64,000 nt of DNA, taken from contig OY282377.1 in assembly GCA_958295785.1 (NCBI GenBank), positions 198,394-262,393 on the forward strand, given 5' to 3'. The first letter of the stretch is position 1, and every line of letters begins with the position of its first letter. Both the position numbers and the translations under genes were made by a program. Below the pieces are notes generated by a model, which saw only the letters and a list, made by a program, of their open reading frames with translations, was not told where the DNA came from and did not search any database. Positions 9,725 to 18,486 of this stretch are shown one piece after another. The DNA comes from an uncultured Latescibacterota bacterium. Its GTDB lineage: Bacteria; Latescibacterota; UBA2968.

Positions 9725-10572
9725 AAGGCTTCCTCGGCGCGCAAATTGAATCGGCGCAATTCCGCGCTTTTGATCTTAAACCGGTGTTTGTCTTGCGGAA
9801 AGCGGTGCGCTTTGACCTCGTTGACATAGCTTGCAAATGCCTGCTGCATCGCGCCTTCGAGGTCCGCGTAGGCTTTGACGAACCGATAGCGGCTTTTGTG
9901 TACGCCCAGCATATCGTGTGCGACCAGCACCTGCCCATCGCACACGCGCCCCGCGCCAATGCCAATGGTCGGGATGGGCACGCGCTCGGTCACAACTTCG
10001 GCCACGCGCTCGGGCACGCACTCCAAAACCACGCCCAGCGCGCCGGCAGATGCCAGGGCATGGGCGTCTTTGAGGACATCGAGCGCGTCTTCTGCGCGGT
10101 CTCCGAACACGGGACGCTTGCCCGTGCGCGTTTGCGGCGTGTACCCCACATGCCCAACTACGGGGATGCCCTCGCGGACGAGTGCCTCAACTTGGCCTAT
10201 CACATTGCGGCCGCCTTCGAGTTTCACCACTTCCGCGCCGGCCAAAGCCAACTGCCGCGCATTTTTGACCGCCTGCGCGGGCGTTTCATAAGACCGGTAG
10301 GGCAAATCCGCCATCAACAGCGCATCGACAACCCCGCGTCGCACCGCGCGCGTGTGGTGGCGCATGTCGCCCATCGTCACCTGTTGCGGGCTGTCGTAGC
10401 CCAACACATTGACGCCCACGGAATCGCCCACAAAAATGACATCGACCCCCGCGCCATCCTGAAAAACAGCCGTGGGGTGATCGTAACACGTCAACACCGC
10501 AATGGGTTCGCCGCGCTGTTTCATAAGGCCGAGGGTCTCTATTTTTACCCGCGCTCCCATAAATAATCCCAT
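9706..10572 (-). CDS. panB: 3-methyl-2-oxobutanoate hydroxymethyltransferase
   Basis: IAVLTCYDHPTA...IFVGDSVGVNVLGY...VKLEGG. Overlaps panC. The exact start is uncertain (an internal ATG is possible). Confidence 0.9.
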   Translation of the reverse strand: MGLFMGARVKIETLGLMKQRGEPIAVLTCYDHPTAVFQDGAGVDVIFVGDSVGVNVLGYDSPQQVTMGDMRHHTRAVRRGVVDALLMADLPYRSYETPAQAVKNARQLALAGAEVVKLEGGRNVIGQVEALVREGIPVVGHVGYTPQTRTGKRPVFGDRAEDALDVLKDAHALASAGALGVVLECVPERVAEVVTERVPIPTIGIGAGRVCDGQVLVAHDMLGVHKSRYRFVKAYADLEGAMQQAFASYVNEVKAHRFPQDKHRFKIKSAELRRFNLRAEEALWPSKS

Positions 10573-10630
10573 CTCGTATCTTCAAACGGACACGGGCCCC
10601 GGGCCCTTTCGCGTCTTTCGCAGTCCCATC

Positions 10631-11320
10631 TCATTTCTCGGCCTCCACCCGCGCTGGCCGATAATAGCGGGTACCCGCCGGAGGCGATTTAATTTGCGCC
10701 AATAAATCCTCCAAATCGCACGGGTGGTTTTCAAAATCGACCTCCGACACATTGACGGCGAGCAACGGCGTTGTCGCATAGTGAAAGAAAAAATGGTTGT
10801 ACGCCTCCAATAACCGCGCGACGTAGTCTTCGGTTATCGCGCTTTCATACCCGCGCCCATGGTTTTTGATGCCCCGCATCAGATGATCAATCGTCGTTTG
10901 CAAATAAATGACCAGATCCGGCCGGGGAATTTTCTCGCTGAGGGTTTCGGCCAAGCGTTCATACAATGCAAATTCCGCATCCCCGAGCGTTAGATTGGCG
11001 TAGATGCGATCCCGTTCAAAGATGTAGTTGCTGACCACCGCCTCTTGAAACAAATCCATCTGATGCAATTCTTGCTGTTGCCGATACCGGCTGAGCATAA
11101 AAAAGACCTGCGTCTGAAAGCCGTATCGCTCTGGGGCTTCGTAAAACAAGGGCAAAAAGGGATTTTCTTCGGGTTCTTCGAGCACCAAACGGGCATTGAG
11201 ATGCTGCCCCAAAACCCGGGCAAACCGCCTCTTGCCCACCCCGGTCACCCCTTCGACAACGATATATCGCACAGCACCCCCCTTGTCCTTATCTTCGCAA
11301 TATTCAATTAGGAGGATCAA
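10631..11320 (-). CDS. deoxynucleoside kinase family protein
   Basis: IVVEGVTGVGKRRFARVLGQHLNARLVLEEPEENPFLPLFY, a P-loop plus dNK-like organisation. Start uncertain. Confidence 0.75.
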   Translation of the reverse strand: MILLIEYCEDKDKGGAVRYIVVEGVTGVGKRRFARVLGQHLNARLVLEEPEENPFLPLFYEAPERYGFQTQVFFMLSRYRQQQELHQMDLFQEAVVSNYIFERDRIYANLTLGDAEFALYERLAETLSEKIPRPDLVIYLQTTIDHLMRGIKNHGRGYESAITEDYVARLLEAYNHFFFHYATTPLLAVNVSEVDFENHPCDLEDLLAQIKSPPAGTRYYRPARVEAEK

Positions 11321-11329
11321 ATCCCAAGT

Positions 11330-11869
11330 TTAGCTGTTTGTCAAGTCGGCGAGAGAGACTGTGGTGCCCACAATTGTTGCGATTTTTATTTTCCTGTACT
11401 GTTCTAAAGAAATGCGGCTCGGCCCAATTTTCACGCGCTGTTTATCGAGTCTCTCGTTCCGCTTTTCTGCGATGATAATATACGTCAGTCGCGTGCGCGC
11501 AATAGAACGCTCGCTTTCAATTTCACAGACGGAAAGGAGATACGCCAAAAAAGGACGCGATCTCCGCAGTTGTTCTTTCGGCCTCTCCTCTTGTGTGAGC
11601 GTCTTTTTCAGTTCGATAAAAACAGCGTGAATGATGCCGTTGCGTTGAACGATCAACAAGTAGTCGCATTGTTGCTTGCGCGGGCCATCCTTTAGAACGG
11701 ATAGGTGGCTAAACTTGCCCAAACGTATCGCGGTAACAGGCTCGGGGCAATGGATCACTTGAACCGCCATCTTTGCTTGGCGTTCTCGCAGGATGATACC
11801 ATCGCTTCCCTCGGCCTTCTCCAGCGCGTTTTCCTTCAGTATATCTTCCAATGTCTCATTCAAAGACAT
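11330..11869 (-). CDS. small PD-(D/E)xK (restriction-endonuclease-fold)-like protein, partner of upstream ATPase
   Basis: ATG 11869 preceded by GGAGG with a 6-nt spacer (MSLNETLEDIL...). The motif QQCDYLLIVQRNGIIHAVFIELKK gives D-x15-E-x-K. The start overlaps the ATPase 3' end (stop 11856-58). Confidence 0.6.
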   Translation of the reverse strand: MSLNETLEDILKENALEKAEGSDGIILRERQAKMAVQVIHCPEPVTAIRLGKFSHLSVLKDGPRKQQCDYLLIVQRNGIIHAVFIELKKTLTQEERPKEQLRRSRPFLAYLLSVCEIESERSIARTRLTYIIIAEKRNERLDKQRVKIGPSRISLEQYRKIKIATIVGTTVSLADLTNS

Positions 11870-13283
11870 GCCCATCCTCCGCTGCCAATCGCGCTGCGAG
11901 TTCATTTGATACGCGGTTAATTTTGTCGATGGTCTCGTCGAAGACCGGCATATCAATGCCGAACCCATCCACGGCGCACCGGCTCAATCCATTTCCTTCC
12001 GCGACGTACGCTCGGATCGAATCTGGATTGAGGAAATCATCCACTTTGTATCCGAGTTTCTCGACGACCTTCGCTTTGTTATCAAAGGATCGGCTCAACA
12101 TGACGAGGTTGTTGATCTCCTTGATGAGATAGTCGCTGTGCGTGGTGATCAAAATTTTCAAACCCGCCCGCACGAGTCTCGCCAGCAAGCGCGCCAACTG
12201 GATTTGGTTGGTCGTATCGAGATGGCTCTCTGGCTCGTCAATGATGAGGAGATGATTCTTCTGCGCGACGTGGCGCAAGAAGAAGTACAAGTCAGACAAG
12301 CCGCGCACTGAAGAGGACGCGGTGTGCAACGGGATGTGAAATCTGCGTTTGCCGCGTGCTTTTGAAATAAATTCGGTATCGTCGCCAGACCTTCGATAAT
12401 AGCCATCCATCATATTCTTGATGTCGTTGAACAACTTGTCTTCGTAAATCTCGCTTTTTCGCCTGAGAAAATCGGATATGTTTCTGGTGTAGTCGATATT
12501 GTCTTTTACGGGAAGGGCGTAGCGACTGGTCGTTTCGTCTATCAAGCGAAACGGAGAAAAGCGGTCCCGGTCTTTGTCGTCTCCCATTTTTTGCAATAAA
12601 TTGACCAGTTGGTTCTTGGTGAAGTCGAGTTCTTTGTAGAACAGCGAGATCCCAAACCGCTCGGCGGAAAGGACGAGCGGATGCGGAAAATCTGGGGATA
12701 GGAGCGATGCGTACAGTCTATAAACTATAGACTGTATTTTCCCATAGTTGATCAGATATTGGGAGGGGGGTTTGTCCACAGAGACGTCGTATCTCGGGAG
12801 AGGGTCTCGTTCTATGACGATATCGCTTCCGTCATAAGCGATTGAAAAATGGCCCTGTTTTCGGGATTGCACATCCGCGGGAAACGCATCGTTGAGTACC
12901 ATTTCAAGGGACGCGCCTTCGAAAGCGGCTTGTGAAGCACTGAACACGTCCGGCAAAATTTGTTTAGAAAAGATCTTCGTCACCCTTTGAAGCATTGCTT
13001 GTCGCGCCTGTTTGAGCCCGTTCCGATCCACGGGTTGCTTTGCCTTGCCCGTTGCCATGAGCGTTTTGACGAGGTGATCGACGTTGGGGGGGATTGAAGT
13101 TGCCAGTTCTCTCCAGATTTTCAAGAAGCCATAGAGCGCGTAGGCCAAATACGTTTTGCCGGTGTTGTTGCGGCCAGCAATTATCGTGAGATCGCCCAGT
13201 TCCATTTCGGCCTCTTTTATGGGGCCGATTTTTTTCAACCGAAATATCGCGGATTGCATGCTGTCTTTCCCATTTGTGAACAT
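11856..13283 (-). CDS. ABC/SMC-like (AAA_15/AAA_21, OLD-type) ATPase
   Basis: Walker A GRNNTGKT, Walker B LLIIDEPESHLD, H-loop-like ITTHSDYLI, and a long insert between A and B. The start is ATG 13283 or ATG 13259 (MQSAIFRLKKIGPI). Confidence 0.8.
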   Translation of the reverse strand: MFTNGKDSMQSAIFRLKKIGPIKEAEMELGDLTIIAGRNNTGKTYLAYALYGFLKIWRELATSIPPNVDHLVKTLMATGKAKQPVDRNGLKQARQAMLQRVTKIFSKQILPDVFSASQAAFEGASLEMVLNDAFPADVQSRKQGHFSIAYDGSDIVIERDPLPRYDVSVDKPPSQYLINYGKIQSIVYRLYASLLSPDFPHPLVLSAERFGISLFYKELDFTKNQLVNLLQKMGDDKDRDRFSPFRLIDETTSRYALPVKDNIDYTRNISDFLRRKSEIYEDKLFNDIKNMMDGYYRRSGDDTEFISKARGKRRFHIPLHTASSSVRGLSDLYFFLRHVAQKNHLLIIDEPESHLDTTNQIQLARLLARLVRAGLKILITTHSDYLIKEINNLVMLSRSFDNKAKVVEKLGYKVDDFLNPDSIRAYVAEGNGLSRCAVDGFGIDMPVFDETIDKINRVSNELAARLAAEDGHVFE

Positions 13284-13319
13284 CCGAGCCTTGTTTGGTC
13301 GATTGCTGACCGCTCTGGC

Positions 13320-14150
13320 CTAAATCCCCGCTTCTCTCCTCGCGCTGTCAAGTGCATTGAAACATCGTTCTGCGACGGGCCAGGGATCGTAGTTGGGCGA
13401 TTTCCAGATTTGGGCCGTGACTTCCACGGTGATGGGGACGGCGATGCCCGCGGCGGCCATGGCTTTGAAATAGGCCACGAGATCCAAGTTGCCTTCGCCG
13501 GGGAGTTGGTAGCGCACCTTGCCATGGGCGCGGTGCCCGTCTTTGATGTGGGTCGAGACTGTGTAGGGCGCGCACAGGTCAACGCTCGTTTGCAGGTCGA
13601 AATGATCGACGTGAAAATGGCTTATGTCGAAATTGACTTTGACGTGGTCGCGATCCGTGTGTCGCATGAGCCAATCGACTTTGTGGGGGGTGTCGAGGGG
13701 GTGGCCCGCGTGGGGCTCAACCGCGAGAATGACATTGTGAGCGGCGGCGCGATCCCCCAGTTCCGCGAGTTGTTCGCAATAGGTGTGTTTGACCGCGTTC
13801 CACGCGCCGGTCAGCCCGCCCAGTGTGCTGACGAGGATGCCGGGGGCATTGCCGTGCGCGAGGTCGCGGGCGAGGATACACGCCGCGTCAAATTTTTCGA
13901 GAATGGCGGGGCGTTCATCGCCCTGCGTGCATATCGGCAACAAGGCCATCGCAACGGGCGATTCAAAGCCCAGGTCCTCGATGGTTTTGGCGAGTGCTTC
14001 GCGGGAACCCGCGTCGAGTTTGTGCGGCGCAGTGGGCCAGTCGTCGCCCGCGTTGATCTCCACGGCCTCATAGCCGATGTCGCGCAAACGCGGCAGGATG
14101 TGGAAAATGTTTTCCGTTTGCATGCCGTAGGTGCCGTATCCGATTTTCAC
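13320..14150 (-). CDS. sugar phosphate isomerase/epimerase (xylose isomerase-like TIM barrel)
   Basis: VKIGYGTYGM...EAVEI...VEPH...ISHFHV pattern. The GTG start at 14150 overlaps the upstream stop (GTGA). Confidence 0.65.
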   Translation of the reverse strand: MKIGYGTYGMQTENIFHILPRLRDIGYEAVEINAGDDWPTAPHKLDAGSREALAKTIEDLGFESPVAMALLPICTQGDERPAILEKFDAACILARDLAHGNAPGILVSTLGGLTGAWNAVKHTYCEQLAELGDRAAAHNVILAVEPHAGHPLDTPHKVDWLMRHTDRDHVKVNFDISHFHVDHFDLQTSVDLCAPYTVSTHIKDGHRAHGKVRYQLPGEGNLDLVAYFKAMAAAGIAVPITVEVTAQIWKSPNYDPWPVAERCFNALDSARREAGI

Positions 14151-14905
14151 AACGCGCCTCCTTCGTCGATGTCGCGCAAGCCCTCCCATGGCGCCCACAG
14201 GTCAAAGGGCAAGTCGAACATGATATCGCGCAGATTTGTGAAGGCAAAGCGATTGACCAGGGCCATGCGGATGTTTTTTTGGCAATTCATGCTGGCCGTG
14301 TGCAGCATATAGTGGTGCCAAAAGCAGACGGTTCCAGCAGGGGCCGCGTGTTCATATCGCGCGGCGGGATGGAGAAAGCCGGGGGCTTTGAGGCCGCTTA
14401 AATGGGTAAGCGCGTGACGCTGGAAGTATCCGGCAACTTTGAGGTGTGATCCCGCCCATGTGGTAAAGCCGCCGCCGCGGGGCAAAACGCGGCTGATGTT
14501 GATGGTCACGGCAATGGTAAAGGTATCGGCCACGCCTTCGATGAGATACCCGTCGAGATGGCCCCGCGGCGGGTGCCAATTTTTGTGACCGGTGGGATAG
14601 ACCATTTTACACAGGGCATTGCCAGGCGGGCGCAGACGGCCCTTGCCCGCGAGTTCTTCGGCCATATCGTAGAGCGGCGTGTCGGTCGTCATGGCGGCGA
14701 TAGCGGGATGGTCGCTGCACGGAAGATTGCCCGTCGGCCCCGCATTGATCCAGCTTTGGGGATCGCTGCGATCCGCTTCGATGTGTTCCCACACGGCGTC
14801 CTGTGCATTGTCAATTTGCTCGGGCGCGATTGAGTCGGGTTTGACGACATAGCCATTTTTTTTGAAAAAGGCTTTTTCTTCGTTGGAAAAATGAGACATG
14901 TCCAT
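14147..14905 (-). CDS. phytanoyl-CoA dioxygenase (PhyH)-family Fe(II)/2OG oxygenase
   Basis: FFKKNGYVV N-terminus, HLDGY (HxD) and a distal HHYMLH histidine. Confidence 0.6.
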   Translation of the reverse strand: MDMSHFSNEEKAFFKKNGYVVKPDSIAPEQIDNAQDAVWEHIEADRSDPQSWINAGPTGNLPCSDHPAIAAMTTDTPLYDMAEELAGKGRLRPPGNALCKMVYPTGHKNWHPPRGHLDGYLIEGVADTFTIAVTINISRVLPRGGGFTTWAGSHLKVAGYFQRHALTHLSGLKAPGFLHPAARYEHAAPAGTVCFWHHYMLHTASMNCQKNIRMALVNRFAFTNLRDIMFDLPFDLWAPWEGLRDIDEGGAL

Positions 14906-14970
14906 TCCTCGGCGATAAGTTGATTGCCCATACTAATGCGATTTTGCGCGAAACACAACCCCATTTCCGA

Positions 14971-16173
14971 TCAGTCGATTTCCAAGCGGTTGTCTGTGGG
15001 TGGATCGCCCAAATCGGGGATCTCGAGCAATTCCCCGCCTTTGAGCGCGGATTGGTGGGCAATGATGCCCGGAATTATATACCGGGCTGCTTCGTAAATG
15101 TTGTTCGGCGGTGTTTTGCCCAAAACGCAGGCGCGAACAAAGTCATCCACGAGAAACTGGTGGGACCCACTGTGGCCGTTGGGCAGCCCTTTGAAGGCAT
15201 CTGGCAAGCGGTGAACCGGATGAACCGGGGCAACGCTGTGGTGCGTGCCATCGTCCGCGCTGACTTTGTCCATATCGCCTTCAACGCGCGTTGCGGGTTG
15301 GCGGCAGGTGAATTGGGCGTCGAGCGATTCGCGTTCTGCCCTGTCTTTGGTCAACCAGACCGCGCCGGCGGCATTGTGTTCAAAGCTGCCCTGCGTGCCG
15401 AACATGGTCATTCGCACCGCGCCCGGATGCCCGATGCGGCGAAATTCATTGATGCGGGCGATGCTGCCATCCGAGAGTTTGAACAGGGCGGATTCATTGC
15501 TGAAGGGATTGCGCCACTGGTTTGAGGCGTAAATTTTGTCCGCGTGGTGATCCGCAACGCCGCAACAGGAGACGCGGGTCATGCGCGCGCCTGTGACAGA
15601 GAGAATCTGGCTGGTCGAATGGGTGGGATAAAACATGGGCGGCATGCCAGCGGTTTCGCGCCATTTTTCGCCTCCGCGCCATTTGGCGACCTCGTACAGA
15701 CCGTGATCCCAGTCGTGGTAATACTCGGCTTCGGCATAGACCACCTCGCCAAACGCGCGTTCGCGGAATCGCCGCCGACAGTAAATGACCGCCGGAGAGT
15801 AATAGCTGGTTTCCCCGAGCATGTAGATCTTGCCGGTCTCGCAGACCGCTGCGGCAATGGCGCGCAGTTCGCCGAGGGATATGCCGGGGGGCACAGCGGA
15901 GTAAACGTGTTTGTTCGCGCGAAGGGCTCGCGTTGCCTGCGGCCCGTGCAGCCAGTTTTGCGTGAAGAGCGCGATGGCGTCGATATCCGTGCCACACAAG
16001 TCATCGAGCGAAGGCGATGTCTGTGCAATGCCGTGTTTCTCGGAACTCATTCGGCGTTTTTCCGCATTCAGGTCGCACAAAATTACCTGATCGACACCTG
16101 GATGTGCTTTGAAGAGGGGGATAAAATGCTGTGCAAATGCCCCCAAACCGACAATGCCGAGACGAATGCCCAT
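14971..16173 (-). CDS. Gfo/Idh/MocA-family oxidoreductase
   Basis: MGIRLGIVGLGAFAQHFIPLFKAHPGVDQVILCDLN Rossmann N-terminus. GAGGAG lies 5-6 nt upstream of ATG 16173. Confidence 0.8.
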   Translation of the reverse strand: MGIRLGIVGLGAFAQHFIPLFKAHPGVDQVILCDLNAEKRRMSSEKHGIAQTSPSLDDLCGTDIDAIALFTQNWLHGPQATRALRANKHVYSAVPPGISLGELRAIAAAVCETGKIYMLGETSYYSPAVIYCRRRFRERAFGEVVYAEAEYYHDWDHGLYEVAKWRGGEKWRETAGMPPMFYPTHSTSQILSVTGARMTRVSCCGVADHHADKIYASNQWRNPFSNESALFKLSDGSIARINEFRRIGHPGAVRMTMFGTQGSFEHNAAGAVWLTKDRAERESLDAQFTCRQPATRVEGDMDKVSADDGTHHSVAPVHPVHRLPDAFKGLPNGHSGSHQFLVDDFVRACVLGKTPPNNIYEAARYIIPGIIAHQSALKGGELLEIPDLGDPPTDNRLEID

Positions 16174-16188
16174 TGAAACTCCTCGCAA

Positions 16189-17784
16189 TTAGATTTGCAA
16201 TTTTGACTCCCGCCGCGCGACATGCTGATCGTACATCGCCAACTGCTGTTCGCATTTCCACGCATGGTAATCTGCGGTCTCTCGGTTGGGTTCAACCACC
16301 TCGCCCGCACGGCACATCGTGCGCATCGCCTCTTGAATGGACGCAAATTTCCCCGCGGCAACCGCGCCTAAAATTGCCGCGCCGAGCAACACGGCTTCGG
16401 GCTCTTTGGGCAAGTGAATGGGTCGCTGCGTTGCGTCGGCGTGTTCTTGAATCCACAGCGCGTTTTTTGTGCCGCCCCCACACGCATTGATTTGCGCGAT
16501 GGCATAGCCCTGTTTTTCCATCTCGTCGAGAATATGGCGCGTGCCATAAGCCACCGATTGGATGGTGGCGTGATAAATGCGCGCCAGCGTATCGTAGGAC
16601 ATGTCCAGCGTCAACCCGTCCATGACCCCGCACGCCTGCGGGTCCGCATTGGGCGAGCGGTTGCCGTGGTGATCGGGCGAGATGTGCAACCGCTCGGTCC
16701 AATCTGCGCGCACGCCTTTTTGGGCGATGTACGCGTTGAGTTCCGCGTACACCGCGTTGATCTCTTTGCCGGTGAACACATGCCAGTAATGGTCTTCTTC
16801 GCGCACCGTGCCAAATCGCGCTATCGTATAATCCAACAAGGCGCCGGTCGCGCTTTGCCCGCCTTCGTTGAGCCACATGCCCGGCAGCATCGCGCCAAAA
16901 TACGGCCCCCACACCCCGGGAATAAATCGCGCGGTTTTGGACACGGCCATGTGGCAGGAGGACGTGCCCCCGATCAATGCCAAAATCGGCTCGTCAACCC
17001 CAACGCCGATCCCGCCTGCATGCGCGTCTATGATGCCCACGCCCACCGCTGTGTTTGTGGATAGGCCCATCAGAGCCGCGGCTTCGGCGCACAAGGTCCC
17101 CGCACATTCGCCTATCGGCGCGACATCGGCTGTTACTTTGCCGCGGTCGAACAAATCGCCCAAACCAATGGCGTCAAAAAATGCGTAATCCCAGCGCGAC
17201 TCGTGCCCCAGATAAGTCCACTTGCACACATTGGTACACAGACTCCGCAGGTCAACCCCGGTGGCCCGATAGACCATAAAATCCGCCAGGTCGAAAAATT
17301 TGCCCGCCCGCTGCCATGTGTCGGGCAGGTTTTCCTTGAGCCACAATAGCTTGGGCGGTTCTTGCTCGGGCGACATCACACCGCCGACGTATTGCAACAC
17401 ATCGTACCCACCCGCGTTGATCCGATTCGCTTGATCAATGGCGCGGTGGTCGCGCCACACGATCACATTGCGCTCGGCCCGGCCCGTTTTCGACACGCTC
17501 AGGGGTTGCCCGTCACGGTCTAAGACCACGAGCGAACACGTCGCGTCAAAGCTCAGGCCGATCACCGCATCGGGCGAACACTTGGATTCAGCGATAGCTG
17601 CGCGGACAACGCGCCCGGTCTCGGCCCAGATATTCTCGGAAGAGTGCTCGTAAAAATCTGGCTCGGGATGAAATTCCAAAATCGGCGACGATGCCGCGGC
17701 GAGCATTGTGCCATCCAACGTAAATACACCCGCCCGCACACTGCCCGTGCCCACGTCAATGCCGATTACCACGGGATTTTGCAT
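16189..17784 (-). CDS. FGGY-family carbohydrate (pentulose-type) kinase
   Basis: VVIGIDVGTGSVRAGVF...GGGTKNALWIQ. AGGTG lies upstream of ATG 17784. Confidence 0.85.
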   Translation of the reverse strand: MQNPVVIGIDVGTGSVRAGVFTLDGTMLAAASSPILEFHPEPDFYEHSSENIWAETGRVVRAAIAESKCSPDAVIGLSFDATCSLVVLDRDGQPLSVSKTGRAERNVIVWRDHRAIDQANRINAGGYDVLQYVGGVMSPEQEPPKLLWLKENLPDTWQRAGKFFDLADFMVYRATGVDLRSLCTNVCKWTYLGHESRWDYAFFDAIGLGDLFDRGKVTADVAPIGECAGTLCAEAAALMGLSTNTAVGVGIIDAHAGGIGVGVDEPILALIGGTSSCHMAVSKTARFIPGVWGPYFGAMLPGMWLNEGGQSATGALLDYTIARFGTVREEDHYWHVFTGKEINAVYAELNAYIAQKGVRADWTERLHISPDHHGNRSPNADPQACGVMDGLTLDMSYDTLARIYHATIQSVAYGTRHILDEMEKQGYAIAQINACGGGTKNALWIQEHADATQRPIHLPKEPEAVLLGAAILGAVAAGKFASIQEAMRTMCRAGEVVEPNRETADYHAWKCEQQLAMYDQHVARRESKLQI

Positions 17785-17847
17785 GATGCACCTCAATAGT
17801 TAAAAGGCGTGAGTTGCACTCCGCTCGTGCTTTTTGTGTGGCGAAAC

Positions 17848-18486
17848 TTACTTCTCGCCTCTTTCGCTTTCAAGAATGGATTTGAGCACGCGCCACACGG
17901 TTTTGGCGATGACCCGATGGCCCTGGACATTGGGGTGGATGCGGTCGGGAAGGTTGAGGGTTGGAATGCCGCCCACGCCTTCGAGCAAAAAGGGAATCAA
18001 AGGCACGCGATTTTTTTCTGCGAGTGTTGGAAACACCGCGCGAAAGGCCGTCGTATAGGCTTCCCCTAAATTGGGCGGGGCTTCCATGCCCGCGAGGATG
18101 ATTTGAACATCGGGATATTTCGCACGCGCCTGGTCCATAATCCCCTGCAAATTTTGTTGCATCTCAGAGGTGGGAATCCCGCGCAAGCCGTCATTGCCGC
18201 CCAGTGCCAGCACCAGCACATCGATCTTTCGCCGCAACAACCAGTTGACCCGGCGCAAGCCCCCGGCGGATGTCTCGCCACTCAGCCCGCCGTTGATCAC
18301 TTCAAACGCCCAGCCCAGGGAATCGATCTTCGCCTGCACCAGCGCGGGAAACGCCCGCGTTTCATCCAAGCCATACCCCGCGGTCAAGCTGTCGCCCAAA
18401 AACAAAACCGTCTGGCGATCTCGTTCAGCACGCGCTGTCAATGTCAATCCGAGCAAAACCACCGCGAAAAACCGAATGCCGATCAT
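17848..18486 (-). CDS. SGNH/GDSL hydrolase (arylesterase/TesA-like), secreted
   Basis: Signal-like MIGIRFFAVVLLGLTLTARA, VLFLGDSLTAGYG block I, GGND, and a distal DRIHP. ATG 18486 overlaps the lyase stop (ATGA). Confidence 0.85.
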   Translation of the reverse strand: MIGIRFFAVVLLGLTLTARAERDRQTVLFLGDSLTAGYGLDETRAFPALVQAKIDSLGWAFEVINGGLSGETSAGGLRRVNWLLRRKIDVLVLALGGNDGLRGIPTSEMQQNLQGIMDQARAKYPDVQIILAGMEAPPNLGEAYTTAFRAVFPTLAEKNRVPLIPFLLEGVGGIPTLNLPDRIHPNVQGHRVIAKTVWRVLKSILESERGEK

